A DNA stretch of 64,000 bases from an uncultured Bacteroidales bacterium (GTDB lineage: Bacteria; Bacteroidota; Bacteroidia; Bacteroidales; GCA-2748055), in assembly GCA_963809925.1 (NCBI GenBank), contig CAWELH010000004.1:64715-128714 (forward strand). The letters run 5' to 3'. The notes below the pieces were generated by a model, which saw nothing but the letters and a program-made list of their open reading frames with translations, ran no database searches and was not told where the DNA came from. Position 1 is the stretch's first letter. The number at the start of each line of letters is the position of its first letter. Made by a program: the position numbers and the translations under genes. Below are positions 31,401 to 42,019 of this stretch, piece by piece.

Positions 31401-32788
31401 CTAAAGATGAATCACCTCGTCATACGCTGCTGCAGCAGCTTCCATAATGGCTTCTGACATCGTCGGGTGGGGATGGATCGACTTGATGATCTCATGGCCT
31501 GTGGTTTCCAGTTTCCTGGCAACGACCATCTCACCGATCAGTTCGGTCACGTTTGCCCCGATCATATGTGCACCAAGGAGTTCTCCGTATTTGTCATCGA
31601 AAATTAGCTTGATAAATCCTTCTTTCTGACCGGCAGCAGCAGCTTTTCCTGAAGCGCTATAAGGGAATTTACCCACACGGATATCGTAGCCGGCTTCACT
31701 GGCAGCATCTTCCGTGTAACCAACGGAAGAAACTTCAGGGTTTGTATAGGTACAGGCCGGGACATTGGTATAATCAATAGGATCCGGTTTGAGTCCGGCT
31801 ATCTTTTCAACACAGCAAATCCCCTCCGCTGAGGCAAGATGAGCAAGTGCCGGACCCGGGATAATATCCCCGATGGCATAAATGCCTTTTACGTTGGTAC
31901 GGTAGAACTGATCAACCTTGACTTTACCATTCTCAAGCTCGATTCCAAGTTCTTCCAGTCCTATTTTTTCAAGGTTTGGTGTAATACCGACAGCAGAAAG
32001 GACGATCTCTGCCTTTGTTTCTTCGTACCTTTCGGCGTCTTGATAGTTACCTTGCAGACTTTGCCACTGGTATCGACCGATTCGACCGAAGAGGAGGTCA
32101 TCACTGTTATTCCTGCTTTTTTGAATGAACGTTCAAGTTGTTTTGACACTTCGTCATCCTCCAGAGGAATAATATTGGGAAGGAATTCAACGAGGGTAAC
32201 CTTCGTTCCCATGCTGTTATAAAAGCCGGCAAATTCACTGCCAATAGCTCCGGAACCAACTACGACCATGGATTCGGGTTGTTTCGGCAAGGTCATAGCC
32301 TGGCGGTAACCGATGATCTTTTTGCCGTCCTGCTTCAGGTTCGGTAATTCTCTCGACCGGGCGCCGGTAGCCAGGATAATATGATCGGCCTCGATAAGCG
32401 TCTTCTTGCCGTCTTTTTCAACCTCAACCTTTCCCTTTCCGGCCAACCGTCCGAAACCTTCTATCTGGTCAATCTTATTTTTCTTAAACAGAAACTGAAC
32501 ACCCTTGCTCATTCCGTCGGCAACGGTACGGCTCCTCTTTATGACTTTTTCAAAATCGGGTTTAACCTTCCCTTCAATTGTCAGGCCATATTCCCCTGCA
32601 TGATTAAAATAGTCAAAAACCTGGGCGCTTTTGAATAACGATTTCGTGGGTATGCACCCCCAGTTCAGACAGATACCACCAAGATTTTCCCGTTCAACAA
32701 CGCCAACTTTCATTTTTAGCTGTGCAGCACGGATGGCAGCAACGTAACCTCCGGGGCCACTGCCGATTACCAGTAAGTCATATTTCAT
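31401..32788 (-). pseudogene. lpdA: Dihydrolipoyl dehydrogenase (lpdA) interrupted by one frameshift near 32025-32035
   Basis: The N-terminal frame (GSGPGGY, CLNWGCIPTK) runs to ...KVTIKTPKG. The Lpd sequence then continues in another frame (EETKAEIVLSAVGITPN...IYAIGDI...) with no stop, down to 31401. I translated this by hand. Confidence 0.85.
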
Positions 32789-33059
32789 AAGTTGTAATTT
32801 TTTGAATCTACAATACGATCCCGTAGTCTGATTACAACCGGTACAAAATGAACCGGTGACGAATTATTATACAAGATCTTAAAACAGATATATGAATTAA
32901 TACAATTGTTAACGTAAAATAGGAAATTTTGACAATAAATCACCGCATATATTTATCATTCGCTGGCCGGAGATGGCTGTCATGGTGCGTTTACGTCCAT
33001 TCTCGTGATAGAACAAATTTAGGGCTTTTTAGTTTACGCTGCAATAATAGCGCAAAATG

Positions 33060-33845
33060 TCAGTCTGAATTTCTCTGTCTTACCGCTTCAAAAACCAGTA
33101 TGGCTGCGGACACCGAAACATTCAGTGAGTCGGCAACGCCCTGCATCGGGATGCGGATAATACGGTCTGCGTGCTGTCTCCACTGCGAACTCAGGCCATC
33201 TGCTTCCGACCCTACAACAATGGCACAGGATTTCGTAAAATCAGCCTTATAATACGGGTTACTCTCCTGTAGAGCAGCTGAAAAAATGGCAATGCCCTGA
33301 TTTTTGAAATAGCTGATCGCATCCTGTGTCGAAGTCTGGATAACCGTGGTTGTGAAGATGCATCCCAGACTGGCCCTGATGACATTCGGATTATACAGAT
33401 CGGTCTGATTGTCGCAAACGATCACGGCATCCGCCCCTGCTCCGTCGGCAGTACGAAGGATGGCACCCAGGTTACCCGGTTTTTCAACCGTTTCTATCAC
33501 AAGGAAAAGGGGCCGATGCGAAGGCTTCATATCCCCGAAGGTCAGATACCGAGGCCGGGCAGTGGCAATCAGGCCGTCATGGTTGTCGCGGTAGGCGATC
33601 CGCGAAAAAACATGTTCGGATACTTCAGTTTTTGAGTCAGCAGAAAGATTTTCCGAAAAAGACCTGACGGAGTCATTTTGCAGATTTGTACAATAAAATA
33701 CCTGGCTTATCGAGAAGCCGCTGTCGACGGCTTTTTTTAGTTCCCGGTAGCCTTCGATGATGAACAGGGCCTCATCTCTCCTTGAATGTGCTTTCGACAG
33801 TTTAAGAAGGTCTTTTATTGTCGGGTTCTGTGTGCTGGTAATCAT
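33060..33845 (-). CDS. TrmH/SpoU family RNA 2'-O-methyltransferase
   Basis: SpoU C-terminal knot motifs (GNLGAILRTA, VVGSEADGLS, IPMQGVADSLNVSV). An ATGA start/stop overlap couples it to the upstream antiporter gene. Confidence 0.8.
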   Translation of the reverse strand: MITSTQNPTIKDLLKLSKAHSRRDEALFIIEGYRELKKAVDSGFSISQVFYCTNLQNDSVRSFSENLSADSKTEVSEHVFSRIAYRDNHDGLIATARPRYLTFGDMKPSHRPLFLVIETVEKPGNLGAILRTADGAGADAVIVCDNQTDLYNPNVIRASLGCIFTTTVIQTSTQDAISYFKNQGIAIFSAALQESNPYYKADFTKSCAIVVGSEADGLSSQWRQHADRIIRIPMQGVADSLNVSVSAAILVFEAVRQRNSD

Positions 33846-34804
33846 GATCTTGACTGAATAATGAGATGTACGGTGTAACCGGCATAAATCAGGATAAAGA
33901 TCAGGCCCTCCCAACGGTCCAGTTTACGCTTTTTTCCTGTGAGCATTGCACCCAGAATAAGCATCGTGCCGATAAGATAGAGGAATATGTCGGGATTGAA
34001 TGACGGGCTGAAGGAAATTGGGGTTATTGCGCCGCTGAGTCCGAGAACAAACAGTATGTTAAATACATTCGAGCCGATCACATTGCCGATAGCAAGATCA
34101 CTATTGCCCCTGAAGGCCGCAACTCCAGAGGTCGCCAGCTCGGGCAGTGAGGTTCCGGCAGCCACGATCGTGAGTCCGATAATCCGTTCAGACAGCCCGA
34201 AGTTGGTTGCCATCCGCACGGCACTGTCGACAACAAGTTTTCCTCCGAAAATCAATCCTCCGAAACCGGCCACGATAAGCAAAAGAAGGATTGCTGTTTT
34301 TTTGTCTCCGGTATAGGGAACAGTCATGTCCCGGTCTTTCTTTATATTCAGAAAGATCATGTACAGGAAGAGAAGGAAGAATGCAAGCAGTATTGCACTG
34401 TCGAACCGTGAGATGATATCAGGGATGTTGGCGAAAATGCTGTCGTTGGCCATAATCAGTACGACAATGCCGGCCAGCAGACTGAAAGGGATTTCACGTT
34501 TTATTGTGCTGAGACCTACACTCACCGGCCTGACCAAAGCTGTGATGCCCAGAATGACAAAGATATTGAAGATATTGCTCCCAAGCACATTCCCGAGTAC
34601 CATCTCATTCAGATTTCTTACAGCACCGATGGTGTTTACCACCATTTCCGGCATCGAAGTACCGAAAGCTACTATTGTCAGTCCGATAACAAGTTCGGAA
34701 ATACCAAGCTTCATGGCTATCGAGGCGGATCCCTTCACCAGCCAGTCGGCGCCCTTAATCAGGAGGACGAAGCCGGCAATTAATATCAGAAGATCAGAAA
34801 TCAT
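33842..34804 (-). CDS. Calcium/sodium:cation antiporter (CaCA family, YrbG-like)
   Basis: Two alpha-repeat motifs (GTSMPE, GTSLPE). The start at MISDLLIL gives a typical ~320 aa. Confidence 0.85.
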   Translation of the reverse strand: MISDLLILIAGFVLLIKGADWLVKGSASIAMKLGISELVIGLTIVAFGTSMPEMVVNTIGAVRNLNEMVLGNVLGSNIFNIFVILGITALVRPVSVGLSTIKREIPFSLLAGIVVLIMANDSIFANIPDIISRFDSAILLAFFLLFLYMIFLNIKKDRDMTVPYTGDKKTAILLLLIVAGFGGLIFGGKLVVDSAVRMATNFGLSERIIGLTIVAAGTSLPELATSGVAAFRGNSDLAIGNVIGSNVFNILFVLGLSGAITPISFSPSFNPDIFLYLIGTMLILGAMLTGKKRKLDRWEGLIFILIYAGYTVHLIIQSRS

Positions 34805-35087
34805 GACATTTATATCAGCTTTTGATGGAACAAAGTAACAGGAATTTTCAGGTATTTTAAAATAATATATGGAATCTGCGTTCGATTTCATAAATTGTGT
34901 GACTTATTGCTCTTTTTTCCCGGCAGAGTGTAAATTACGGTATTGCCCGGCTTTTATACACCGGAGAATAATAGCAGCAATACCTTTACCTGACATTGGA
35001 TGCATCATCCGGTAAATGAATATTCATATATGAAAAGACCGTGTCATCTCCCTACCTCTCTGGATCCCCAATTAATATGTTGGTATT

Positions 35088-37310
35088 ATGATTGGTAAGA
35101 AAAATTTTGGAACTGCGCCTGTATTTTTTACGGCTATAGCGACCATCCTTGGTGCTATATTGTTTCTGAGGTTTGGCTTTGCTGTAGGAATGCTCGGATT
35201 CTGGGGCACTCTTGGAGTGATATTCGTTGGCCACCTCGTTACCATTCCCACCGCTCTTGCTATTTCAGAAATTGCAACAAACCGGAGAGTGGAAGGGGGA
35301 GGTGAGTACTTCATCATTTCCCGTTCATTTGGTCTGAACATCGGAGCAACCATTGGGTTTGCCCTGTTCATGTCACAGGCAATCTCGGTAGCGTTTTATG
35401 TAATTGCTTTTACTGAAGCTTTTTCACCCTTCTTTGAGTATGTAAAAAGTACCATGGGTATTGAGCTTCCAAGACAGGTGATCAGCATCCCCGCCATGTT
35501 TGGATTGTCGGTGCTCATTCTGCGTAAAGGTGCAAACATGGGCGTTAAAGCGCTGTATTTCGTGGTTGGAATACTATTTTTGTCCCTGGTACTTTTCTTT
35601 ATCGGGAAAACGGAGTTTTCCCAGTCGACAGAATTTTCACTGGCGAATGCCTCATTCAGGAACAGGGACCAGTTTTTCATCGTATTTGCAATTATTTTTC
35701 CTGCTTTTACCGGGATGACGGCCGGCGTAGGACTCTCCGGGGATCTTAAAAAACCTTCCAGGTCTATTCCGCTTGGGACAACAATGGCTACGGTCAGCGG
35801 CATGATTATTTACATATTTATTGCCTGGAAATTTAAAAATTCTGCCCCTTCTGAAGATCTCATCAATAATCAGCTCATCATGAGCCAGATTGCTATGTAC
35901 GGGAAAATCATCATTCCCCTCGGTCTCGCTGCTTCAACACTATCATCTGCTATTGGTTCGATCATGGTGGCACCACGAACTCTTCAGGCGTTGGCTTCCG
36001 ACCGTTCTTTCCCTTCTGTGAAAGTAAACCGCCGGCTTGGATTGATCAACACAACCTCGGGGGAACCTTACAATGCTACGCTCGTTACCTGCATCATCGC
36101 CTTCATATTTGTTGCATTGGGGAATGTAAATGTTGTGGCGCAGATCATATCTATGTTTTTTATGGTGACCTATGGATCTCTGTGCCTTATCTCGTTTCTT
36201 AATCATTTCGGAGCGTCCCCTTCCTACAGACCGTCGTTCAGATCAAAATGGTTCCTTTCACTCATCGGATTCATCACGGCAGTGTGGCTGATGTTTATGA
36301 TGAATTTTTTCTATGCATTTCTCGCTGCCTTCCTGATGATTCTGCTTTACCTCTTCACCAATTCATACCATAAAAACAGGAAAGGACTCGAAGCTATTTT
36401 TGCCAACTCACTTTTCCAGGTCAACAGAAATCTGCAGGTCTACCTTCAGAGGAGATCACGCGGGCGCAAACAGGGTGAATGGCGGCCAAGTGCCCTTTGC
36501 ATCAGCAAATCCTCCTTTATCCGCGACAGTTCATTTCGCCTTCTGAACTGGATATCTTATAAATATGGTTTCGGTACCTTTATTCACCTTATTGAAGGGT
36601 ATTATTCAAAAGCTACGTACAATAGGTCGGTTGAGGAACATACGGCATTGCTTAAAAGATTTGACCGTTATAAAAACCAGGTATACGTCGATACGCTCAT
36701 CTCCCCTTCCTATACCTCTGCCATCGCACAATCGATTCAGCTTCCCGGTATCTCCGGGATGGAGAACAACATGGTAATTTTTGAGTTCGACAGGAATGTG
36801 CCGTCGGAAATTGATGATATTATCGACAATTTTGCACTAGTACGTGCCGGTGATTTTGACGTCTGTATTCTGGATAGTAGTTCTCAAGAAATAGATTTTA
36901 AGCAGGATATTCATGTTTGGATTCGAAGTATTGACCATGACAATGCTCACCTGCTCATCCTGCTGAGTTATGTTATCCTCGGTCACCCCGACTGGAAGCG
37001 GAGCAATATCAAGATCTTTGATGTGTGCAAGCCTGGTACGGAGGATCAAACACGTCAACAACTGGAAGATTTGGTGACGAGTGGCCGCTTATCCATCAAT
37101 ATCCGGAACATACAGATTATACCGGAGGATCCCGAGAAGGGAATTAAAAAGCTGGTCAATGAAAAAAGTGCCAATGCCGCTCTCTGCCTCATGGGATTTC
37201 ATAGCGATACACTCAAGCATGAAGGTAGATCAATCTTCGAAGGTTACCATACAGGCGGGCATATCCTTTTTGTAAATTCAAAGTCTGGGAAAGAAATCAG
37301 GCTTGAGTAA
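35088..37310 (+). CDS. APC-superfamily permease with SLC12 (cation-chloride cotransporter)-like C-terminal cytoplasmic domain
   Basis: 740 aa: about 12 TM helices in the N-terminal ~450 aa, then a ~290-aa soluble domain. Confidence 0.7.
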   Translation: MIGKKNFGTAPVFFTAIATILGAILFLRFGFAVGMLGFWGTLGVIFVGHLVTIPTALAISEIATNRRVEGGGEYFIISRSFGLNIGATIGFALFMSQAISVAFYVIAFTEAFSPFFEYVKSTMGIELPRQVISIPAMFGLSVLILRKGANMGVKALYFVVGILFLSLVLFFIGKTEFSQSTEFSLANASFRNRDQFFIVFAIIFPAFTGMTAGVGLSGDLKKPSRSIPLGTTMATVSGMIIYIFIAWKFKNSAPSEDLINNQLIMSQIAMYGKIIIPLGLAASTLSSAIGSIMVAPRTLQALASDRSFPSVKVNRRLGLINTTSGEPYNATLVTCIIAFIFVALGNVNVVAQIISMFFMVTYGSLCLISFLNHFGASPSYRPSFRSKWFLSLIGFITAVWLMFMMNFFYAFLAAFLMILLYLFTNSYHKNRKGLEAIFANSLFQVNRNLQVYLQRRSRGRKQGEWRPSALCISKSSFIRDSSFRLLNWISYKYGFGTFIHLIEGYYSKATYNRSVEEHTALLKRFDRYKNQVYVDTLISPSYTSAIAQSIQLPGISGMENNMVIFEFDRNVPSEIDDIIDNFALVRAGDFDVCILDSSSQEIDFKQDIHVWIRSIDHDNAHLLILLSYVILGHPDWKRSNIKIFDVCKPGTEDQTRQQLEDLVTSGRLSINIRNIQIIPEDPEKGIKKLVNEKSANAALCLMGFHSDTLKHEGRSIFEGYHTGGHILFVNSKSGKEIRLE

Positions 37311-37340
37311 ACAAATCACAGACTCAATCCTTTACAATCT

Positions 37341-38414
37341 ATGACCAATATGTTTCTTACACTGATGATTATTACAAACAATATCATCGTATCAGCAGCT
37401 GTTTTTCTCGCAGGGCTTAGCCTTGTGTGGTATGCAGTAAACCGTATCCGGCGGGAAATTAAGGGTTCTCCGGACATACAGAAAGGCGGAAAGATATTGC
37501 GGAAAGCGGTTCTTCCGGTTACAGTTCTTACCATTCTTCTGGCATTGGAATTAAATCTGAAGATCATCCTGGTAAACAAGGAATATATCAGCAGCACACA
37601 GAATATTCTAAATATCCTGATTATCGCTTCTGGGGCCTGGATTTCCATCAATTTTATCCAGATACTCCGGTTGCTCCTGCTCAACAAGTACGATCTATCG
37701 GGTAAGGATAACCTTCGTGCGCGAAAAATTTATACGCAATTCAGAATACTTGAGAGGATCATCATTTTTATAATTATTTTCCTGGCCATCGCTTTTGCAT
37801 TGATGACCTTTGCATCCATCCGGAGGATTGGCGTCAGCCTGTTCGCCTCGGCCGGAGTTGCGGGCATCATTCTGGGACTGGCTGCTCAGAGCATGATCGG
37901 CACCATCCTCGCCGGATTTCAGATCGCCATCACACAGCCCATCAGGATCGAAGATGTAGTGATCGTAGAAGGTGAATGGGGCTGGATTGAGGAAATCACA
38001 CTCACCTATGTCGTAGTCAGGATATGGGACAAACGCCGCCTGATCGTGCCAACCACCTACTTTATACAGAAACCCTTCCAGAACTGGACTCGCACATCGG
38101 CCGATATCCTCGGAACGGTATTCCTGTACACCGATTATACCATGCCCCTCGGTGAGCTCAGAACGGAATTTGAACGACTCTTAAAGACAACGGATTTGTG
38201 GGATGGAAATGTGGGCAATGTTCAGGTCACAGGATCCAACGAACGTACGATGGAGGTCAGGATGCTGATGAGCGCTGCAGATTCTCCCACAGCCTGGGAC
38301 CTCAGGGTTTTTATCAGGGAAAAACTCGTTGAATATCTCCAGAAGAACCATCCCGACAAACTTCCGGTAACACGCATTTTTCTGCCTGGAGAGAATAAAT
38401 CCGAAAAGGGCTGA
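37341..38414 (+). CDS. Mechanosensitive ion channel (MscS family)
   Basis: TM3 and beta-domain pattern (GIILGLAAQSMIGTILAGFQIAITQPIRIEDVV). Confidence 0.85.
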   Translation: MTNMFLTLMIITNNIIVSAAVFLAGLSLVWYAVNRIRREIKGSPDIQKGGKILRKAVLPVTVLTILLALELNLKIILVNKEYISSTQNILNILIIASGAWISINFIQILRLLLLNKYDLSGKDNLRARKIYTQFRILERIIIFIIIFLAIAFALMTFASIRRIGVSLFASAGVAGIILGLAAQSMIGTILAGFQIAITQPIRIEDVVIVEGEWGWIEEITLTYVVVRIWDKRRLIVPTTYFIQKPFQNWTRTSADILGTVFLYTDYTMPLGELRTEFERLLKTTDLWDGNVGNVQVTGSNERTMEVRMLMSAADSPTAWDLRVFIREKLVEYLQKNHPDKLPVTRIFLPGENKSEKG

Positions 38415-38787
38415 ATCAGGGTATTATAAACGCACTCAACTGTCAGGGAAAAGTTGAGGGCAGGAAGAAAGAAGCCACACCCCCATTCATAATGTTTTCA
38501 AAGCCAACCTAAGTCTTATTAAAATGTTAAATTACTGATGATTAAAAACATCATTTAGGTAGTTTATGTTTCATTTATTATACCTGTAAAAGTCCTGGAT
38601 TTCCTATTGGTTTACCATGCCCAATCTGGAGACGCAGGACTGTCCGTATCTGTACTCTCGTGTCCATATCCGGACATTTTCAGAAGGGTTTTCCAAACCG
38701 GAGAAAATTGTAAAAATTTCATTTTAAAGATAATACGCTTCAGGGCATATTTTTTGAGTACTCAACTTCAACTTAAACCGTTTTCTG

Positions 38788-39489
38788 ATGATAGATTTAC
38801 AGCGTCTGCATAAGTCCTATATCACCGGTTCAAATAAATTACATGTACTGAAAGGCATTGATCTTCATATCGGGAAGGGTGAACTTGTTTCGGTGATGGG
38901 GTCATCAGGCTCGGGCAAATCTACACTCCTGAACATCATCGGCATCCTCGATTCCTATGATGAGGGTGATTTTTATCTTGACGGGAACCTGATCAGGAAC
39001 CTGAGCGAAACCAAATCGGCCTGGTACAGAAATCAAATGATCGGCTTTGTCTTCCAGTCGTTCAACCTGATCCCTTTCAAGAATGCCATGGAAAATGTGG
39101 CATTACCGCTTTATTATCAGAAGATAAGCAGGCGCAAACGGAACAGGATAGCGATGGAGTACCTGGAGAGGATGGGGCTGACCGAATGGGCCGATCACCT
39201 GCCTTCAGAACTTTCAGGCGGACAAAAACAGCGTATTGCCATTGCAAGGGCCATGATCACCAAACCTAAGGTGATCCTTGCCGATGAACCCACAGGCGCC
39301 CTTGATTCCGCCACCTCCATTGAAGTTATGAACCTGTTCCGGGAAATTCATGACGAAGGCATTACCATTGTTATCGTCACCCATGAAAGGGATATCTCTG
39401 CGATGACGCAGAGGATCATACATCTTAAAGACGGACTGATCGAAAAGATTTCTGTTAACGGGAGAATAAAAGAGAAATCGAATGTTTGA
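38788..39489 (+). CDS. ABC transporter ATP-binding protein (MacB/LolD-type)
   Basis: [34 protein letters not shown]. Confidence 0.92.
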   Translation: MIDLQRLHKSYITGSNKLHVLKGIDLHIGKGELVSVMGSSGSGKSTLLNIIGILDSYDEGDFYLDGNLIRNLSETKSAWYRNQMIGFVFQSFNLIPFKNAMENVALPLYYQKISRRKRNRIAMEYLERMGLTEWADHLPSELSGGQKQRIAIARAMITKPKVILADEPTGALDSATSIEVMNLFREIHDEGITIVIVTHERDISAMTQRIIHLKDGLIEKISVNGRIKEKSNV

Positions 39490-40720
39490 TCTGGATAAAT
39501 GGCAGGAAATATTCAGTACGATACGAAAGAACCGCATGCGGACCTTCCTTACCGGGTTCAGCGTTGCGTGGGGGATCTTTATGCTGATCATTTTACTGGG
39601 TTCAGGTCATGGTCTCGAGAACGGTGTCAGACAGGAGTTCAAGGGCGGGGCCGTAAATGGAATATGGATATCCAGCGGGATGACAAGTAAACCATATAAG
39701 GGTCTGCAACCCGGAAGAGAGGTGAAGTTTACCAATGCAGACTATGAGCTGATAAAAAACTCAGTGGATGGCATCGACCTGATTTCAGGACGTTTCTGGA
39801 TACGGCAGAATAATGTCTTTTCCTACAAGAATAACTATGGTACTTTTACGATCAGCCCGGTTCATCCCGATTACTGCGAGATCAAAGAACTCACTATGGT
39901 CGAAGGCCGCTTTATTAACAATATTGATCTCAACTATTTCCGGAAGGTGGTGGTCCTCGGGGAGATGGTCAGGGAAAGCCTTTTCAAACCCCCTGACACG
40001 GTTGCAATGGGAAAGTATGTGAATATCAGTGGTGTCCCATTCAAAGTTATCGGTATCTTCCATGATGAGGGGAGTGAGGATGAACAACGACGGGCCTATG
40101 TGCCGATATATACCGCGCAAAGGGTGTTTACCGGTACGAACAGGATCAATCAGGTATCCCTGACGACAGGGGACGCCACACCTGAGGAAAGCAACAAAAT
40201 GCTGGAAACCATTAAACGTCAATTGGCAACCTTCCATTCCTTTGATGTGGAAGACCCGAGGGCATTGAATATCTTCAACAAGGCCAGAGAGTATGAACGA
40301 ACGATGAAGCTTTTTAAATCCATCAGAATATTTATCTGGGTCATTGGTATCGGAACGATCATTGCCGGCGTTGTGGGGGTGAGCAATATCATGCTGATCG
40401 TTGTGAAAGAGAGGACGAAAGAGATCGGTATCCGAAAAGCCATCGGTGCCACCCCGGGATCGATCATCAGCCTCATCCTGCAGGAAGCAGTGCTCATCAC
40501 ATCCTTCGCCGGCTATATAGGTCTTGTTCTGGGTGTTTTCCTTCTCGAAATGGTTTCCAGGTTTATGCCGCCTAATCCTTTCTTTCTGAATCCTGAAGCT
40601 GATTTCGGCATTGCGGTAGGAGCCACCGTACTTCTTGTGGTTTCAGGGGCCCTCGCCGGGTTGGTACCCGCCATGAAGGCTGCTTCCATCAAACCAATAG
40701 TTGCACTCAGGGATGAATAA
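39482..40720 (+). CDS. ABC transporter permease (MacB_PCD + FtsX domains)
   Basis: 412 aa. N-terminal TM, periplasmic domain and a C-terminal FtsX four-helix region (ERTKEIGIRKAIGA). Confidence 0.85.
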   Translation: MFDLDKWQEIFSTIRKNRMRTFLTGFSVAWGIFMLIILLGSGHGLENGVRQEFKGGAVNGIWISSGMTSKPYKGLQPGREVKFTNADYELIKNSVDGIDLISGRFWIRQNNVFSYKNNYGTFTISPVHPDYCEIKELTMVEGRFINNIDLNYFRKVVVLGEMVRESLFKPPDTVAMGKYVNISGVPFKVIGIFHDEGSEDEQRRAYVPIYTAQRVFTGTNRINQVSLTTGDATPEESNKMLETIKRQLATFHSFDVEDPRALNIFNKAREYERTMKLFKSIRIFIWVIGIGTIIAGVVGVSNIMLIVVKERTKEIGIRKAIGATPGSIISLILQEAVLITSFAGYIGLVLGVFLLEMVSRFMPPNPFFLNPEADFGIAVGATVLLVVSGALAGLVPAMKAASIKPIVALRDE

Positions 40721-40744
40721 ACGATAGGTATGTTTTTTAAGATA

Positions 40745-42007
40745 ATGATCGATATCGACAAGTGGCAGGAGATCTTTCACTCACTGAAACAGAACAAGTG
40801 GCGCACGTTGCTGACAGCCTTCGGTGTGTTCTGGGGTATCTTTATGTTGCTGATTATGCTTGGTTCAGGCAGAGGACTTCAAAATGGTGTCAACCAGGGA
40901 TTTGGCGACTTTGCCACAAATTCGGTATTTATCTGGCCCCAGAGAACAAGTATGCCATATAAAGGATTTACACGTGGCCGGGGCTTCTCCTTCGATGATG
41001 AAGACGTGATCGCATTACGGAACAGGATCCCCGAAATTGAACTACTGGCGCCAAGATTGCAAGGGGGAGGATTCCAGAGTGGTGACAACGTGGTCAGAGG
41101 TGACAAAACGGGTGCATACAGTATCTATGGTGATTCGCCCAATTATTTCAGGATCGATCCCGTTAACGTTGTTAAAGGCCGGTTGATCAATGACCTCGAT
41201 ATCCGTGACAAACGAAAGGTAGTGCTCATCGGAAGGCGGGTCTATGAGGAACTTTTTGCGAAAAACGAGGAATGCCTGGGGGAATATATAAAAATCCAGG
41301 GCATCTACTTTAAGGTTGTCGGGCTGTTCTCATCCAAAAAAACGGGCGAGCGTGCCAATGATGAGCAATCTTCGATCTTCATGCCTTTTACCACCATGCA
41401 ACGGGCCTATAATTATGGTAACAAGGTGTTCTGGTTTTCCATGACCTCCAAGGAAAACGTGCCGGTTTCCCTCATCCAGGAGAAGGCCATCAGCTTGCTT
41501 AAGGAACGCCATAAGGTACATCCTGACGACGATGTGGCCTTAGGCTCCTTCAATGTTGAAAAAGAGTTTAATCAGATGAAGGGGCTTTTCGGAGGGATCG
41601 ACCTTCTGATATGGATCGTTGGCATTGGCACCCTTCTAGCCGGAGTGATCGGTGTCAGCAATATCATGCTTGTGATCGTTAAGGAGAGAACAAGTGAAAT
41701 CGGAATAAAGCGGGCACTCGGGGCAACTCCCATGCATATTATTATTCAGATCATCAACGAGTCGGTTTTTCTGACGATGCTTGCCGGCTATACCGGCCTT
41801 GTGGCAGGAGTGCTTGTCATCGAAGGTGTGAATATTCTGCTGACGAAAGCCGGCGGTGACACGGGATTTTTCAAAAATCCCGAAATTGACTTCCGGATTG
41901 CAATTACCGCGCTGATTATCCTTGTGGTCTCCGGAGTGCTTGCCGGACTGATCCCTGCAGCCAGGGCGTTGCATATCAAACCTATTGAAGCTTTAAGAAC
42001 AGAATAA
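40745..42007 (+). CDS. ABC transporter permease (MacB_PCD + FtsX domains), paralog of the preceding gene
   Basis: The start MIDIDKWQEIF parallels the paralog's [11 protein letters not shown] (the ORF is open from 40730). ERTSEIGIKRALGA motif. Confidence 0.85.
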   Translation: MIDIDKWQEIFHSLKQNKWRTLLTAFGVFWGIFMLLIMLGSGRGLQNGVNQGFGDFATNSVFIWPQRTSMPYKGFTRGRGFSFDDEDVIALRNRIPEIELLAPRLQGGGFQSGDNVVRGDKTGAYSIYGDSPNYFRIDPVNVVKGRLINDLDIRDKRKVVLIGRRVYEELFAKNEECLGEYIKIQGIYFKVVGLFSSKKTGERANDEQSSIFMPFTTMQRAYNYGNKVFWFSMTSKENVPVSLIQEKAISLLKERHKVHPDDDVALGSFNVEKEFNQMKGLFGGIDLLIWIVGIGTLLAGVIGVSNIMLVIVKERTSEIGIKRALGATPMHIIIQIINESVFLTMLAGYTGLVAGVLVIEGVNILLTKAGGDTGFFKNPEIDFRIAITALIILVVSGVLAGLIPAARALHIKPIEALRTE

Positions 42008-42019
42008 ATTCTATATAAA

